A DNA stretch of 64,000 nucleotides from Armatimonadota bacterium. GTDB lineage: Bacteria; Armatimonadota; Fimbriimonadia; Fimbriimonadales; GBS-DC. The position numbers were made by a program, and so were the translations under genes. Below are positions 18,944 through 28,323 of this stretch, piece by piece; position 1 is the stretch's first letter, and every line of letters begins with the position of its first letter. The notes beneath the pieces were generated by a model, which worked only from the letters and a program-made list of their open reading frames with translations, was not told the DNA's origin and made no database searches. The stretch spans positions 1 through 64,000 of the forward strand of contig JBBIJY010000003.1 of assembly GCA_037445735.1 (NCBI GenBank). Direction: 5' to 3'.

Positions 18944-19819
18944 ATGGGCTGGCAAGGGGTTCCGGCAGAGGTGCTGACGCGGCTGGAACGGTATCGGTTG
19001 CAGCCGCGCAAGATGCATGCGGCGGCGATTCGGGGAGAGCGGCTCTCGCCACGCAAGGGTCTCTCCATCGAGTTCGCCGACTATCGCCATTACGCGCCGG
19101 GCGACGACCTGCGCCATCTGGACTGGAACATTCTGGCACGCCTTGATCGCGCCTACCTGCGCACCTATCAGGATGAGCAGGAGCTGCCCCTCTTTCTGCT
19201 GCTGGATTGCTCGGCGTCGATGGAGTTCGGCGAGCCGCCGAAACTGAACCTGGCACGGTCCTTAGCGGCATGTCTGGGCTATATCGGGCTGATAGCGGGC
19301 GATGCGGTCTATCCGATAGCGCTGGATGGTCGGGCAAGCGAGATTCGGGCGCTGCGCGGGCGCATCAGCTATCGGCGGCTTGTTGAGTGGTTGCGTTCGC
19401 GCGAGGCGGACGGGCGCGACCTGAACCGCAGCCTGCAACGGTTCGCCCACGCCAACCTGCCCACGGGCATGGTGTTCCTGTTGACCGATGGGCTGGACGA
19501 GAGCCTGCCCGACGCCCTGCGCGCGCTCGCCAGCCGCCGTCACGAGCTGGTGCTGATCCAGATTCTTTCCGAAGCCGAGTTAGACCCCGATCTGGAAGGC
19601 GATTTGAAGCTGATCGACGCAGAAACGAGCGAGACGCTGGAGATTACGGCGACGGGCAGCGTGTTAGCTGAGTATCGTCGTCGGCTGAACGCTCACAACG
19701 AGGCGATAGCGGGCGCATGCCGGCGCGTTGGGGCGCACTATCTGCTGGTGCGCAACAGTCAGTCGCCCGAAGAGGTGCTGGTGCGCGGGCTGCGTCCGCT
19801 GGGCATTCTGGGCGATTAG
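18944..19819 (+). CDS. DUF58 (MoxR-associated, vWA-like) protein
   Basis: G.SIEFADYRHYAPGDDLRHLDW, LLLDCSASM, LLTDG. Confidence 0.92.
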   Translation: MGWQGVPAEVLTRLERYRLQPRKMHAAAIRGERLSPRKGLSIEFADYRHYAPGDDLRHLDWNILARLDRAYLRTYQDEQELPLFLLLDCSASMEFGEPPKLNLARSLAACLGYIGLIAGDAVYPIALDGRASEIRALRGRISYRRLVEWLRSREADGRDLNRSLQRFAHANLPTGMVFLLTDGLDESLPDALRALASRRHELVLIQILSEAELDPDLEGDLKLIDAETSETLEITATGSVLAEYRRRLNAHNEAIAGACRRVGAHYLLVRNSQSPEEVLVRGLRPLGILGD

Positions 19820-21258
19820 GCTCGCTTTTTGCCCCACTGCTCGAACAGCCCGAGCGCGCGCTCGCGGCTGGCGCCCAGATCCGCCTGTGGGAGCGGGTAA
19901 GTTCTGCCCAGTTCGACGCCCGCCCGACTGAGCACTTCGGGTGGGGCTTCCCACGGTGCATGGATGTATTCGGTCGGAAGGTCTGCCAGCTCGGGCACCC
20001 ACTGGCGCACATAGTTGCCGCTGGGGTCGAACTTGCGCCCCTGAAGAACGGGGTTGAAGATGCGATAATAGGGTGCGGCATCCGCGCCGCAGCCCGCTGT
20101 CCACTGCCAGCCCAGCACATTGCTGGCGGGGTCGGCGTCCACCAGTGTGTCCCAGAACCACGCCTCGCCCAGCCGCCAGTGGATGAGCAGATTCCTGGTC
20201 AGCCACGACGCGACAATCATGCGCACGCGGTTGTGCATCCAGCCGATTCGCCACAGCTGGCGCATGCCGGCGTCCACCATCGGGATGCCCGTGCGCCCCT
20301 TCTGCCACGCCCGGAGTTCGGGCGAAGGGTCAGTGGACCACGGGAAGTCGCGAAACTCTCTGCGCAGGGGCTGGATGAGCGTGTCGGGGAAATGGTAGAG
20401 AATGTGGTAGGCGAACTCGCGCCAGCCCAGCTCGCGCAGGAAGCTTTCCACGCCCTTCGTCCAGTTGCCGCGGCTATGGCGCAGGGTGGCATGCCAGACC
20501 TGGCGCGGTGTGATCTCACCGTGATGCAGGTGAGGCGACAGGCGTGAGGTGTTGTCCAGATCGGGACGATCGCGCAGGGTGGCGTAGTCGTCGAGGGCGT
20601 TGCGCAGGAACCACTCCAGCCGTCGATGCGCACCCGGCTCGCCCGGTTGCCAGGTTGCCCGCAAGCCACCCGCCCAGTCGATGGTGGGCAGCAGCTGCAG
20701 CTGCTCCAGTGGCTCACTGATGAGCGAATCGGCTGGCGCAGGCGTGAGGCGTTCTGGTGCAGGCAAGGGTTCGGGCACCCTGAGCTGTTGCAGGCAGCGT
20801 TTCCAGAACGGCGTGAACACCGTGTAGGGCTGACCCGAATCGGTGCGAACCGATTCGGGATCGTGCAGCAGGTGGCTGGCGAAGGTGCGCACTTCGATTC
20901 CGCGCTGGTGGAACCGCTGAGCGATTTGCTCATCCAGCTGACGGCGCTGGGGGTCATACCGCTGATTGAAGTAGAGCGCGTCGGCGCGGGCAGCGGTCAG
21001 CACCGCTTCGAGCGCGTCGAGGCTGCGGGTGGCACGGCGAACGATGAGCCGCGCGCCGCGCGCCCGAAGCGACTCGTCCAGCGACTGTAAAGCATAATGG
21101 AGCCACCACCGGCGGGCGCCGCCCGGTGCGCGGTCGCCCAGCTCTTCCGGCGCATAGATGAACAGCGGCACGACCGCGCCCCGCTGCGCCGCCGCAGCCA
21201 GGGCAGGATTGTCCGATACACGCAGGTCGTTGAAGAACCAGACCACCGTCGTTTTCAT
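19816..21258 (-). CDS. phrB: Deoxyribodipyrimidine photolyase (class I CPD)
   Basis: WF..DLRVSDNPAL, YTVFTPF, TSRLSPHLHHGEI, WREF, GRTGIPMVDAGMRQL..GWMHNRVRM, WQW.AG.G.DAAPY.RIFNP. Confidence 0.95.
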   Translation of the reverse strand: MKTTVVWFFNDLRVSDNPALAAAAQRGAVVPLFIYAPEELGDRAPGGARRWWLHYALQSLDESLRARGARLIVRRATRSLDALEAVLTAARADALYFNQRYDPQRRQLDEQIAQRFHQRGIEVRTFASHLLHDPESVRTDSGQPYTVFTPFWKRCLQQLRVPEPLPAPERLTPAPADSLISEPLEQLQLLPTIDWAGGLRATWQPGEPGAHRRLEWFLRNALDDYATLRDRPDLDNTSRLSPHLHHGEITPRQVWHATLRHSRGNWTKGVESFLRELGWREFAYHILYHFPDTLIQPLRREFRDFPWSTDPSPELRAWQKGRTGIPMVDAGMRQLWRIGWMHNRVRMIVASWLTRNLLIHWRLGEAWFWDTLVDADPASNVLGWQWTAGCGADAAPYYRIFNPVLQGRKFDPSGNYVRQWVPELADLPTEYIHAPWEAPPEVLSRAGVELGRTYPLPQADLGASRERALGLFEQWGKKRA

Positions 21259-21325
21259 ACTGAGCGGAAGAGAGCATACCCGATTCTGGGATGGTGGGCG
21301 AGGTATACTGGGGCGAGCAGGTACG

Positions 21326-22225
21326 ATGTTGAAACGGCTTGAGCGGGTGCTGGGTCGGCTGGGGCTGAAGCTGGCGTGGGGACTGTTCCGTCGCTTGCCG
21401 ATGGGCGTCGCGCTGAAACTGGGCGCGGCTATCGGGCTACTCGGCTACTCTCTGTCGGCTCGCTATCGGCGCGTGGCGATTCGCAACCTCCAGCGAGCGT
21501 TCCCCGACTGGAGCGCGAAGCGTGTCCGCGCGGTCGCACGCAGCACCTTCCGCAACTTCGGCGTCGCGCTCGCCGAGTTCCTCAAGGCGCCTTTCTTGAC
21601 GCGCGAGCAGTTAGAATCACGCATCGAGCTGGTCGGGCGCGAGCATCTGGACGCCGCCTTTCGCGAGGGCAAAGGCGTGCTGCTGCTCACAGGGCACTTC
21701 GGCAACTGGGAACTGATGGCGCGCTACCTCGTGCTGCTGGGCTACCCTATCGCGGTGATTGCCCGCCCGACCGAAGACCCCGCCACCACCGAGCTGGTGA
21801 CGATGGTGCGCGAGCGGTGCGGCTATCGCGTCTACGCGCGGGGGAACGCGGCACGCGCCGCGCTGAAAGCGCTGCGAGCCAGCGAAGGCATCGGCATCCT
21901 GCCCGACCAGAACGCAGGCGATGTGTTCATCGAGTTTTTCGGGCAAAAGGCGGGCTGCGTGGCGGGACCTGCCCTCTTCCATCTGCGCACGGGCGCGCCG
22001 ATTGTGCCCCTCTTCAATGTGCGCCTGCCCGGCGACTATCACCGAATCGAAATCCTGCCGCCGATGCGTTTTGAGCCGACGGGCGATGTGCAGGCGGACG
22101 CCCAGCGCATCATGCAGGCGTGGCACGATATTTTAGAGCGCTATGTGCGCCGCTACCCTGACCAGTGGCTGTGGCTGCATGACCGCTGGAAGTCGGCTCG
22201 TAAGCGGTTCGGAGAACTCGCCTGA
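21326..22225 (+). CDS. Lipid A biosynthesis acyltransferase (LpxL/HtrB family)
   Basis: LLLTGHFGNWE, ILPDQ, FFG, PDQWLWLHDRWK. Confidence 0.9.
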   Translation: MLKRLERVLGRLGLKLAWGLFRRLPMGVALKLGAAIGLLGYSLSARYRRVAIRNLQRAFPDWSAKRVRAVARSTFRNFGVALAEFLKAPFLTREQLESRIELVGREHLDAAFREGKGVLLLTGHFGNWELMARYLVLLGYPIAVIARPTEDPATTELVTMVRERCGYRVYARGNAARAALKALRASEGIGILPDQNAGDVFIEFFGQKAGCVAGPALFHLRTGAPIVPLFNVRLPGDYHRIEILPPMRFEPTGDVQADAQRIMQAWHDILERYVRRYPDQWLWLHDRWKSARKRFGELA

Positions 22226-22296
22226 AAGCCGGGCGAACTATACGCGAGGCGCGTAGAACTATACGCGTAGAACTATAATGGAACGCTGGCGATCAA

Positions 22297-22372
22297 CCCC
22301 TCACCCCAGCGGGGAGAGGGAGAAACGCAGTCCCTCTCCCCCAGCGGGGGAGAGGGTACGGGTGAGGGGGCT
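22297..22372. repeat. REP-like repeat cluster between convergent genes
   Basis: CCCTCTCCCCC-AGC-GGGGGAGAGGG-TACGGGTGAGGGGG unit plus a truncated unit. Confidence 0.8.
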
Positions 22373-22382
22373 AAAGCGGGTG

Positions 22383-23237
22383 CTACCGTGTGGACAAGCG
22401 GACAATGGCGTCGGCGACGCGCACGGCGCGCACGGCTTCCTTCACATCGTGCACGCGCACGGCATCGGCACCCCATGCGACGGCGAGCGCGAGCGTCGCC
22501 AGCGTGCCCTCCAGCCGCTCTTCGGGCGGCAGCCCGCCCAGAATCGCCCCGATGAACGACTTGCGGGAGGTGCCCACCAGCACGGGGTAGCCGAGCGCTT
22601 TGAGCGCGGGCAGGTGGCGCAACAGCTGCAGGTTATGTTCCAGCGTCTTGCCGAAGCCGATGCCGGGATCCAGCCAGATATGCCCGGCGGGCACACCCGC
22701 CTGCTGGACGCGCTCTGCATGCTGCTTTAAGGTGTCGCACACCTCGCGCACCACATCGTCGTAGGTGGGGTTCTGCTGCATCGTTTTGGGCGTGCCCTTG
22801 ATGTGCATCAAGATGGCGAGTGCGCCCGATTCGGCGGCGACTTCCGCCATGCGGGGGTCGAACTGCATGCCGCTGATGTCGTTGATGATGTGGGCGCCTG
22901 CCTGCAGGGCGCAGCGGGCGACCGCGCTCTTGGTGGTGTCGATCGAGATAGCAACATCCCAGCGGGACGCGATTGCCTCGATAACGGGAAGGGTGCGGCG
23001 CAGCTCCTCATCGAGGGGCACGGGGTCGGAGCCAGGTCGGGTCGATTCGCCCCCGATGTCGAGAATATCGGCGCCGTCGGCGATCATCTGTTCGGCGCGA
23101 GCCAGCGCGCTCTCCAGCGTGGTGTATCGCCCGCCGTCATAGAAGCTGTCGGGCGTGAGGTTCAGCACGCCCATCACCAGCGTGCGCACACCAAGCGCGT
23201 TCTGCAACCGCTGTCGCACTTCAGGAATAGCCGCCAT
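22383..23237 (-). CDS. folP: Dihydropteroate synthase
   Basis: MGVLNLTPDSFYDGG, DIGGESTRPG, DPGIGFGK, GTSRKSF, RVHDV. Confidence 0.97.
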   Translation of the reverse strand: MAAIPEVRQRLQNALGVRTLVMGVLNLTPDSFYDGGRYTTLESALARAEQMIADGADILDIGGESTRPGSDPVPLDEELRRTLPVIEAIASRWDVAISIDTTKSAVARCALQAGAHIINDISGMQFDPRMAEVAAESGALAILMHIKGTPKTMQQNPTYDDVVREVCDTLKQHAERVQQAGVPAGHIWLDPGIGFGKTLEHNLQLLRHLPALKALGYPVLVGTSRKSFIGAILGGLPPEERLEGTLATLALAVAWGADAVRVHDVKEAVRAVRVADAIVRLSTR

Positions 23238-23991
23238 GCCGTCTTGTCCGCTGTGTCATCCATTGCATCTCGTCGGGGAAGTAGGTGAGCATCTCTTCGC
23301 CGGCGGGGCTGAATCGGAACCCGCGCTGGCGCACCGCCGCGACCGGATCGCGCACAAACTCCAGTCGAAAAGCGGGGTCTTCCATCAGCAGCGGCACCAG
23401 CACCGTCAGCTGCTGGTGATCGAGCCGCCTCAAATCCAGGCTCGCCGTCACCATCACCTCAAAAGGCGCCGAATCGTCTTCCACGAGGCGCTGATACTCT
23501 TCGGCTGCCTGCGCATAGCGTCCCATATCTTCCAGCAGGTGGGCGCGGCGCAGGCGGTGGTGCGCGGAAGCGGGGAGCAACTGCACCAGTCGGTTCGCCA
23601 GCTCCAGCGCGCGCTGGAACTCCATCCGTCGCCAGTAGACATCCATCAGGCGTTCCAGTGGGATGGGATGGTCGGGCGATTGGCGCAGCCAGCGGCGGCA
23701 CTCGCGGATTGCAACGCGCCACCTGCCGCTCTCCAGCAGCACCTCGATGAGGGCGGCGCGGTACGGGTCGGGATTATCGGCAAAGCGGATTGCCTGGCGC
23801 AGCGCCCAGATAGCGCGCGAATAACGCCGCTGCTTGCGATAAAGCTCCGCCATCTTCTGATAGCAAATAGAGGGCGATTCGCAGATGCACGCCATCAGCC
23901 GCAGCAGGTAGATGGCATATTGCACCTTGCCCTGCTGAATGCACTTCTCCACATCCCGTAAGACCAGCTCCAGAATCGGGTCTTCTTTCAT
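23221..23991 (-). CDS. TPR-repeat protein
   Basis: Helical TPR-like repeats. Overlaps both neighbouring genes. Confidence 0.75.
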   Translation of the reverse strand: MKEDPILELVLRDVEKCIQQGKVQYAIYLLRLMACICESPSICYQKMAELYRKQRRYSRAIWALRQAIRFADNPDPYRAALIEVLLESGRWRVAIRECRRWLRQSPDHPIPLERLMDVYWRRMEFQRALELANRLVQLLPASAHHRLRRAHLLEDMGRYAQAAEEYQRLVEDDSAPFEVMVTASLDLRRLDHQQLTVLVPLLMEDPAFRLEFVRDPVAAVRQRGFRFSPAGEEMLTYFPDEMQWMTQRTRRHGGYS

Positions 23992-26201
23992 TGGGTTCCG
24001 TCGAAGTGTACGCCACTCACAATCCGATTCCTGCCCGTTTTTTTGGCGGTTTCGAGCGCTTCGTCGGCTTTTTCCAGAATCTCGACGGGGCTGTCGCTAC
24101 TGTCGGAGTAGGCAGCCAGTCCGATGCTGAGTGTGAGCGTCGGCACCGGCTCGCCTTCGGTGGTGGTGAAACGGTGGTTGCGCACCGTTTGGAGCAACCG
24201 CTCGGCAGTGTGGCGGGCGCCCTGCAGGTTGGTGGCGGGCAGCAGCAGGGCGAACTCATCGCCGCCGTAGCGGGCGATAATCTCCGTCTCGCGCACCGTG
24301 CGCCGGATCAGCTCCGCCACCTGCACCAGCACCGCGTCGCCCTCCAGATGACCGTACTCGTCGTTGACCTGCTTGAAGTTATCGAGATCGACCAGCATCA
24401 CGGCGAAGGGGATCTGATAGCGGCGGGCGCGGCGCACCTCCTCCTGATACCGCTCGTGGAAGTGGCGATAGTTATACAGTCCGGTCAGCCCGTCCGTTAC
24501 TGCCAGCCGCTCCAGCTGGTGCAGGAGGCGCGCACGCTCCATCAGCAGCGTCAGGTGCGTCGCCATCACCTGGGCCGTCTCCAGATCGGCGGGCGTGAAA
24601 AAGCCCGGCTGCGAGTGTCCCAGCATCAGAAATCCGTTCAGGCGCGTGCCAGTGGACAGCCCGATGAGCATCAGGCTCTGAATGCCCGATTGAGCCAGTT
24701 CGGGCGTGGCGTGCGGGTCGGTGCGCGTGTCGCTGATGAGCAGCGGGCGTGCGCGCGCCGCCCGCCAGCCCTGCAGACCCCTGCCCCTCTCGAACTGCAG
24801 GGCGGGCAGCAGGTCGGGCATCTCGCGCCAGCGGGCGATAATGTGGAACTCGCTTTCGGGGGAGGCAGTCAGGCTCGCTTCGGCTTCGGGCGAGCCTGCA
24901 GGAGACCCAGAATGAGGTGCAAAGTGGAGCGCGCTCGCTCGCCAGGCGAGCAGCGCCGCCTCAAAGCGCAGCACAGGCTGCAACAGCGCGAGCGCCCGCT
25001 GCGGAATCTCCATCGGCGTGGTGGCGGTGAAGAGCAGCTTATCCAGATCGTGGAGTACCTGCGTCTCCTGCAGGCGCGTCTCCATCAAGTTCATCTGCTC
25101 GCAGAGGCTCACGATGGTTGTCAGGTGGGGCGCCAGCGCGTGCGCTCGCGCCTCCACGCTGGGGTCGAAACCGCGCCGCGCGTCCGCCACCAGCACCAGC
25201 ACGCCATAGTAGCGCTCGCCCGTGCGCAGCGGAACCGTCAGCACGCGCGGGTCAGACGGTATGCCGAGCCGATGGGCATGGGCAAGCGTCTCGTCGCCTT
25301 TTGCCGCCAGCGACTGCAGATACTGCACGGTCTCTTCGGCGATTCGGCGCTGCCATGCGGGGCGTGCGCCCGCGCCGCTGAGCGACCGCTCCCAGCGGGT
25401 CAGCACGCCAGTGGCGGAGACAATCTGCATGCGGTTCTCTTCCATCAGCCAGAGGGCGGCGCCCGCCACCTGCAACCGCGCCTGCAACCGCTCCAGCATC
25501 GCCCTGTAGACCTGCTGGGGCGACGCGAGCGGGCGGATCGCCGTCCACAGCTCCAGCGTGTCCTGCGCCGCCATCAGCGAATCCTGCAGCTGGCGATAGT
25601 GATGGGTTAGTTCCCGATAGCGCACGCGCAGCTCGCGATGGGCAGTCTCGCTCTCTTCGAGGGCATCGACGACCTGCTGCATCAGGGCTGTGTCGGGCGG
25701 TTCGGGCAGGCGTGTGGCGACCCATGCGAGCAGGAAGCCGTAGGCGGTCAGCCCGCCCAGCCAGCCCCAATCGGCGGGTGAATCGAACAGCAGGGCGCGT
25801 GTCGCCAGCCCGTGGGTCAGCCAGAAGGCGGCAGGCGTCGCCACCGCGCTCACAACACCGCCTGCGCTCCCCATCCGCCACGCCGCATACGCGCCCGGCA
25901 GCAGATAGAGCAGCTCCAGCGGCAGCCGCTCCCCCTGACCAGGCACGGTGCCGGAGTGCCCCACCCCATCCAGCAGCATCAGCAAGCCACTGACCAGCGC
26001 CAGATCGTAGAGCAACCCCGCGAGTGTGATCAGGAACTGCCTGATTGCCCCCCGCCCGTCAGCATGTTGCTCCAGTGCGAACAGCCCAGCGAGCAGCAGA
26101 AGTCCGCCCATCAGCAGACCTGCCACCAGCATCGTGGAGCCGCGCCACCACAGCAGCCCGCCCGCCAGCACCAGCCCTGCCCCGCGCACCAGCACCCACA
26201 C
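23988..26201 (-). CDS. Membrane-bound diguanylate cyclase (TM + 2 GAF + GGDEF)
   Basis: Hydrophobic N-terminal helices; TDGLTGLYN, DLDNFKQVND.YGH..GD, ARYGGDEF, ADEAL..AK..GRN. Confidence 0.93.
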   Translation of the reverse strand: MWVLVRGAGLVLAGGLLWWRGSTMLVAGLLMGGLLLLAGLFALEQHADGRGAIRQFLITLAGLLYDLALVSGLLMLLDGVGHSGTVPGQGERLPLELLYLLPGAYAAWRMGSAGGVVSAVATPAAFWLTHGLATRALLFDSPADWGWLGGLTAYGFLLAWVATRLPEPPDTALMQQVVDALEESETAHRELRVRYRELTHHYRQLQDSLMAAQDTLELWTAIRPLASPQQVYRAMLERLQARLQVAGAALWLMEENRMQIVSATGVLTRWERSLSGAGARPAWQRRIAEETVQYLQSLAAKGDETLAHAHRLGIPSDPRVLTVPLRTGERYYGVLVLVADARRGFDPSVEARAHALAPHLTTIVSLCEQMNLMETRLQETQVLHDLDKLLFTATTPMEIPQRALALLQPVLRFEAALLAWRASALHFAPHSGSPAGSPEAEASLTASPESEFHIIARWREMPDLLPALQFERGRGLQGWRAARARPLLISDTRTDPHATPELAQSGIQSLMLIGLSTGTRLNGFLMLGHSQPGFFTPADLETAQVMATHLTLLMERARLLHQLERLAVTDGLTGLYNYRHFHERYQEEVRRARRYQIPFAVMLVDLDNFKQVNDEYGHLEGDAVLVQVAELIRRTVRETEIIARYGGDEFALLLPATNLQGARHTAERLLQTVRNHRFTTTEGEPVPTLTLSIGLAAYSDSSDSPVEILEKADEALETAKKTGRNRIVSGVHFDGTQ

Positions 26202-26264
26202 GACTGGAACTCTCCCAGCAAAAGTTTACCCAATCTGATAGCTTTGACCGCTTAAAGGGGGGAT

Positions 26265-26482
26265 TAGCCCTCACCCCCGTGCCCCCTCTCCCACGCTGTG
26301 GGAGAGGGGGTTCAGTTTAGCCCCTCGCCCCCTTTGGGGGGAGAGGGTACGGGTGAGGGGGCTATGCACCGCACGCTCGTAGAAAACCCCTCACCCCCGT
26401 GCCCCCTCTCCCGAAGCTTCGGGAGAGGGGGTAAATTCAGCCCTCGCCCCCAGCGGGGGAGAGGGTACGGGTGAGGGGGGCT
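26265..26482. repeat. Two composite REP-like (BIME-like) units
   Basis: Two tandem copies of a hairpin A plus inverted hairpin B arrangement. Confidence 0.85.
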
Positions 26483-26498
26483 GATAGGGAGAACAACT

Positions 26499-27230
26499 AT
26501 GCGCAGGGTGGAACGAATCGTGTGGCATACGGCTGCACACGGGCGCAACGGCATGGCGTTCGATACGACCGCCGCCCAGATAGACCAGTGGCATCGCGAG
26601 CGCGGCTGGGACGGCATCGGCTACAATGTGGTCATCCGATTCGACGGCACGATCGAAAAAGGGCGCGACCCCGACAAAATCCCCGCCGCCGTGCAGGGAC
26701 TGAACACAACCACCTACCACCTCTGCTTTTCCGGGCACGGCGATATTGCGCCGCTCACGCCCCAGCAACTGCAAAGCGGCATTCAGCACACCATCGAAAT
26801 GCTGGATCGGTACGGTCTCACAGAGCGGTTCCTTGCCGAACCCGATGGATTGATCGTGATGGGACATCGCGAGGTGAACGAGCTGGTCAGACGCGGGCTG
26901 GCGCCCATCCCCACCAGCAAGACCTGCCCGGGCAGGCTGGTGGATATGGACGCTGTGCGGGCGCTCATTCGGGCGCGGCTCAACACGCAGGTCCAAACCT
27001 ATCACTATGACCCTCGTGCCGCCGAGCAGCTCTACCGTGCGCTGAAAGACCTCTACGCCACCGCGAGCGCGCTCAAACTCGCCGACGACCTGCTTGCCGA
27101 ACTGAACGCCTTTCGCAAACAGCCCGAAATCGACGCGATTATCGAGCGCTATCTGCAGCACGATCCGCCCCACCTTCCGCCAAAAACTGGTAATCCTGCT
27201 GGGCGCAACCAGCCGAAAGATGGATTATAA
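26499..27230 (+). CDS. N-acetylmuramoyl-L-alanine amidase (Amidase_2, T7 lysozyme-like)
   Basis: IVWHTAA, IDQWH..RGWDGIGYN.VI..DG.IE.GR, GHRE, KTCPG. Confidence 0.88.
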   Translation: MRRVERIVWHTAAHGRNGMAFDTTAAQIDQWHRERGWDGIGYNVVIRFDGTIEKGRDPDKIPAAVQGLNTTTYHLCFSGHGDIAPLTPQQLQSGIQHTIEMLDRYGLTERFLAEPDGLIVMGHREVNELVRRGLAPIPTSKTCPGRLVDMDAVRALIRARLNTQVQTYHYDPRAAEQLYRALKDLYATASALKLADDLLAELNAFRKQPEIDAIIERYLQHDPPHLPPKTGNPAGRNQPKDGL

Positions 27231-27374
27231 TTCCCCCGACTGACCGAATATGCCCTGCGAAAGGAGCGAAATCGTATCAAGAGCCGTTTGCTGTCCGCTC
27301 CTGTCCGCTTTTGGGCGATTCGAGAGTCATGATAAGATGGGAGCATTCCAGTTGCTCCGAAGGAGGTTCAAGCG

Positions 27375-28109
27375 ATGAGCAAAACACTGGCGCGATTGAT
27401 GACGGCAGCAATGGGACTTGGTCTGGCGACCCTGATTGCAGGCGCACAGACTCGAATCTATGATACCATCTATGCGGCAGGCGGTCCACCGAACCTTGAT
27501 CTGCCCGGTCTGGTTTTCACTGGCTCCACTCCGCGCTACAACATGGGCGACGGCGTGGGGGTCAGCCTGTCCAGCAACGCTCAACTGGTTCGTTTCGACT
27601 TCATCCTGGTCGTCGCCACCGCGGTAACGAACGCCTCGGTCCAGTTCACCGTTGATGTATTCAACAACTGGACAACCACAGGTGCAGGCACCGATCCCGC
27701 CTTCAGCAACCTTGCAGGCTCGTTCAGCGGTGTTGTGTCGGGCATCACCACAACGGGTGCGGCGGCTTTTGTCATCACCGTCACTCCCAATACACCGATC
27801 GTACTGAACACGAACCCGAACAAGGGCGTGGTTATCAAGCTGCTGCTGAACAACGCCGCCTCCAACAATGTGACGGTAGGGGTTGTTAACCGCCTGCCCA
27901 CTCCTGGCACGGAAGGGCTTCTGCCGGATGCCTTCTATCGGGATGCGAATGGCAACGGCATTATCGAGATTGGTGAGGCGCGTACCTTTGACACCACTCG
28001 AACTCAGGACAATCTGGCAATCACCCTGTGGGTGCCGGAGCCAGCGTCGATGCTGATACTGGGCAGCGGGCTGGCAGGGCTGATTGCGCTCCGCCGGCGC
28101 AGGAGATAG
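27375..28109 (+). CDS. PEP-CTERM sorting-domain protein
   Basis: Signal peptide; C-terminal VPEPASMLILGSGLAGLIALRRRRR; AGGAGG SD. Confidence 0.93.
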   Translation: MSKTLARLMTAAMGLGLATLIAGAQTRIYDTIYAAGGPPNLDLPGLVFTGSTPRYNMGDGVGVSLSSNAQLVRFDFILVVATAVTNASVQFTVDVFNNWTTTGAGTDPAFSNLAGSFSGVVSGITTTGAAAFVITVTPNTPIVLNTNPNKGVVIKLLLNNAASNNVTVGVVNRLPTPGTEGLLPDAFYRDANGNGIIEIGEARTFDTTRTQDNLAITLWVPEPASMLILGSGLAGLIALRRRRR

Positions 28110-28110
28110 A

Positions 28111-28208
28111 TTGCCCTCACCCCCATCCCCTCTCCCGCGGCTGCGGGAGAGGGGAAGCGATCGATTGCCCTCACCTCCAGCCCCTCTCCCGCAGTTATGG
28201 GAGAGGGG
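28111..28208. repeat. Two REP-like hairpin units
   Basis: TTGCCCTCACC..CCCCTCTCCCG-loop-GGGAGAGGGG occurs twice. Confidence 0.8.
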
Positions 28209-28323
28209 AATACCCTGCACCCTGTGCGGTTGCTTTTGCCCAGCAGAAGCTGTTGCTGGGATTATGAACATAGCCCGCCACGCCAGCAGGAGTCGCGCGG
28301 CTCATACCGAACCCTCTGCCCGC

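Noticed and set aside
18864-19337. N-terminal extension of the 811-aa ORF
   Set aside because: It overlaps the divergent DUF58 gene. The SD, TTG and lipobox indicate a start at 18863.
26265-26482. CRISPR-like array from the CCCTCTCCC repeats
   Set aside because: Only two composite units in mixed orientation, dispersed elsewhere, with no unique spacers of regular length.
785-27230. Prophage (integrase fragment plus amidase)
   Set aside because: The two genes are ~26 kb apart with housekeeping genes between them, and there are no structural phage genes or att duplication.
28209-28323. FMN riboswitch upstream of ribE
   Set aside because: No RFN consensus elements were recognised.
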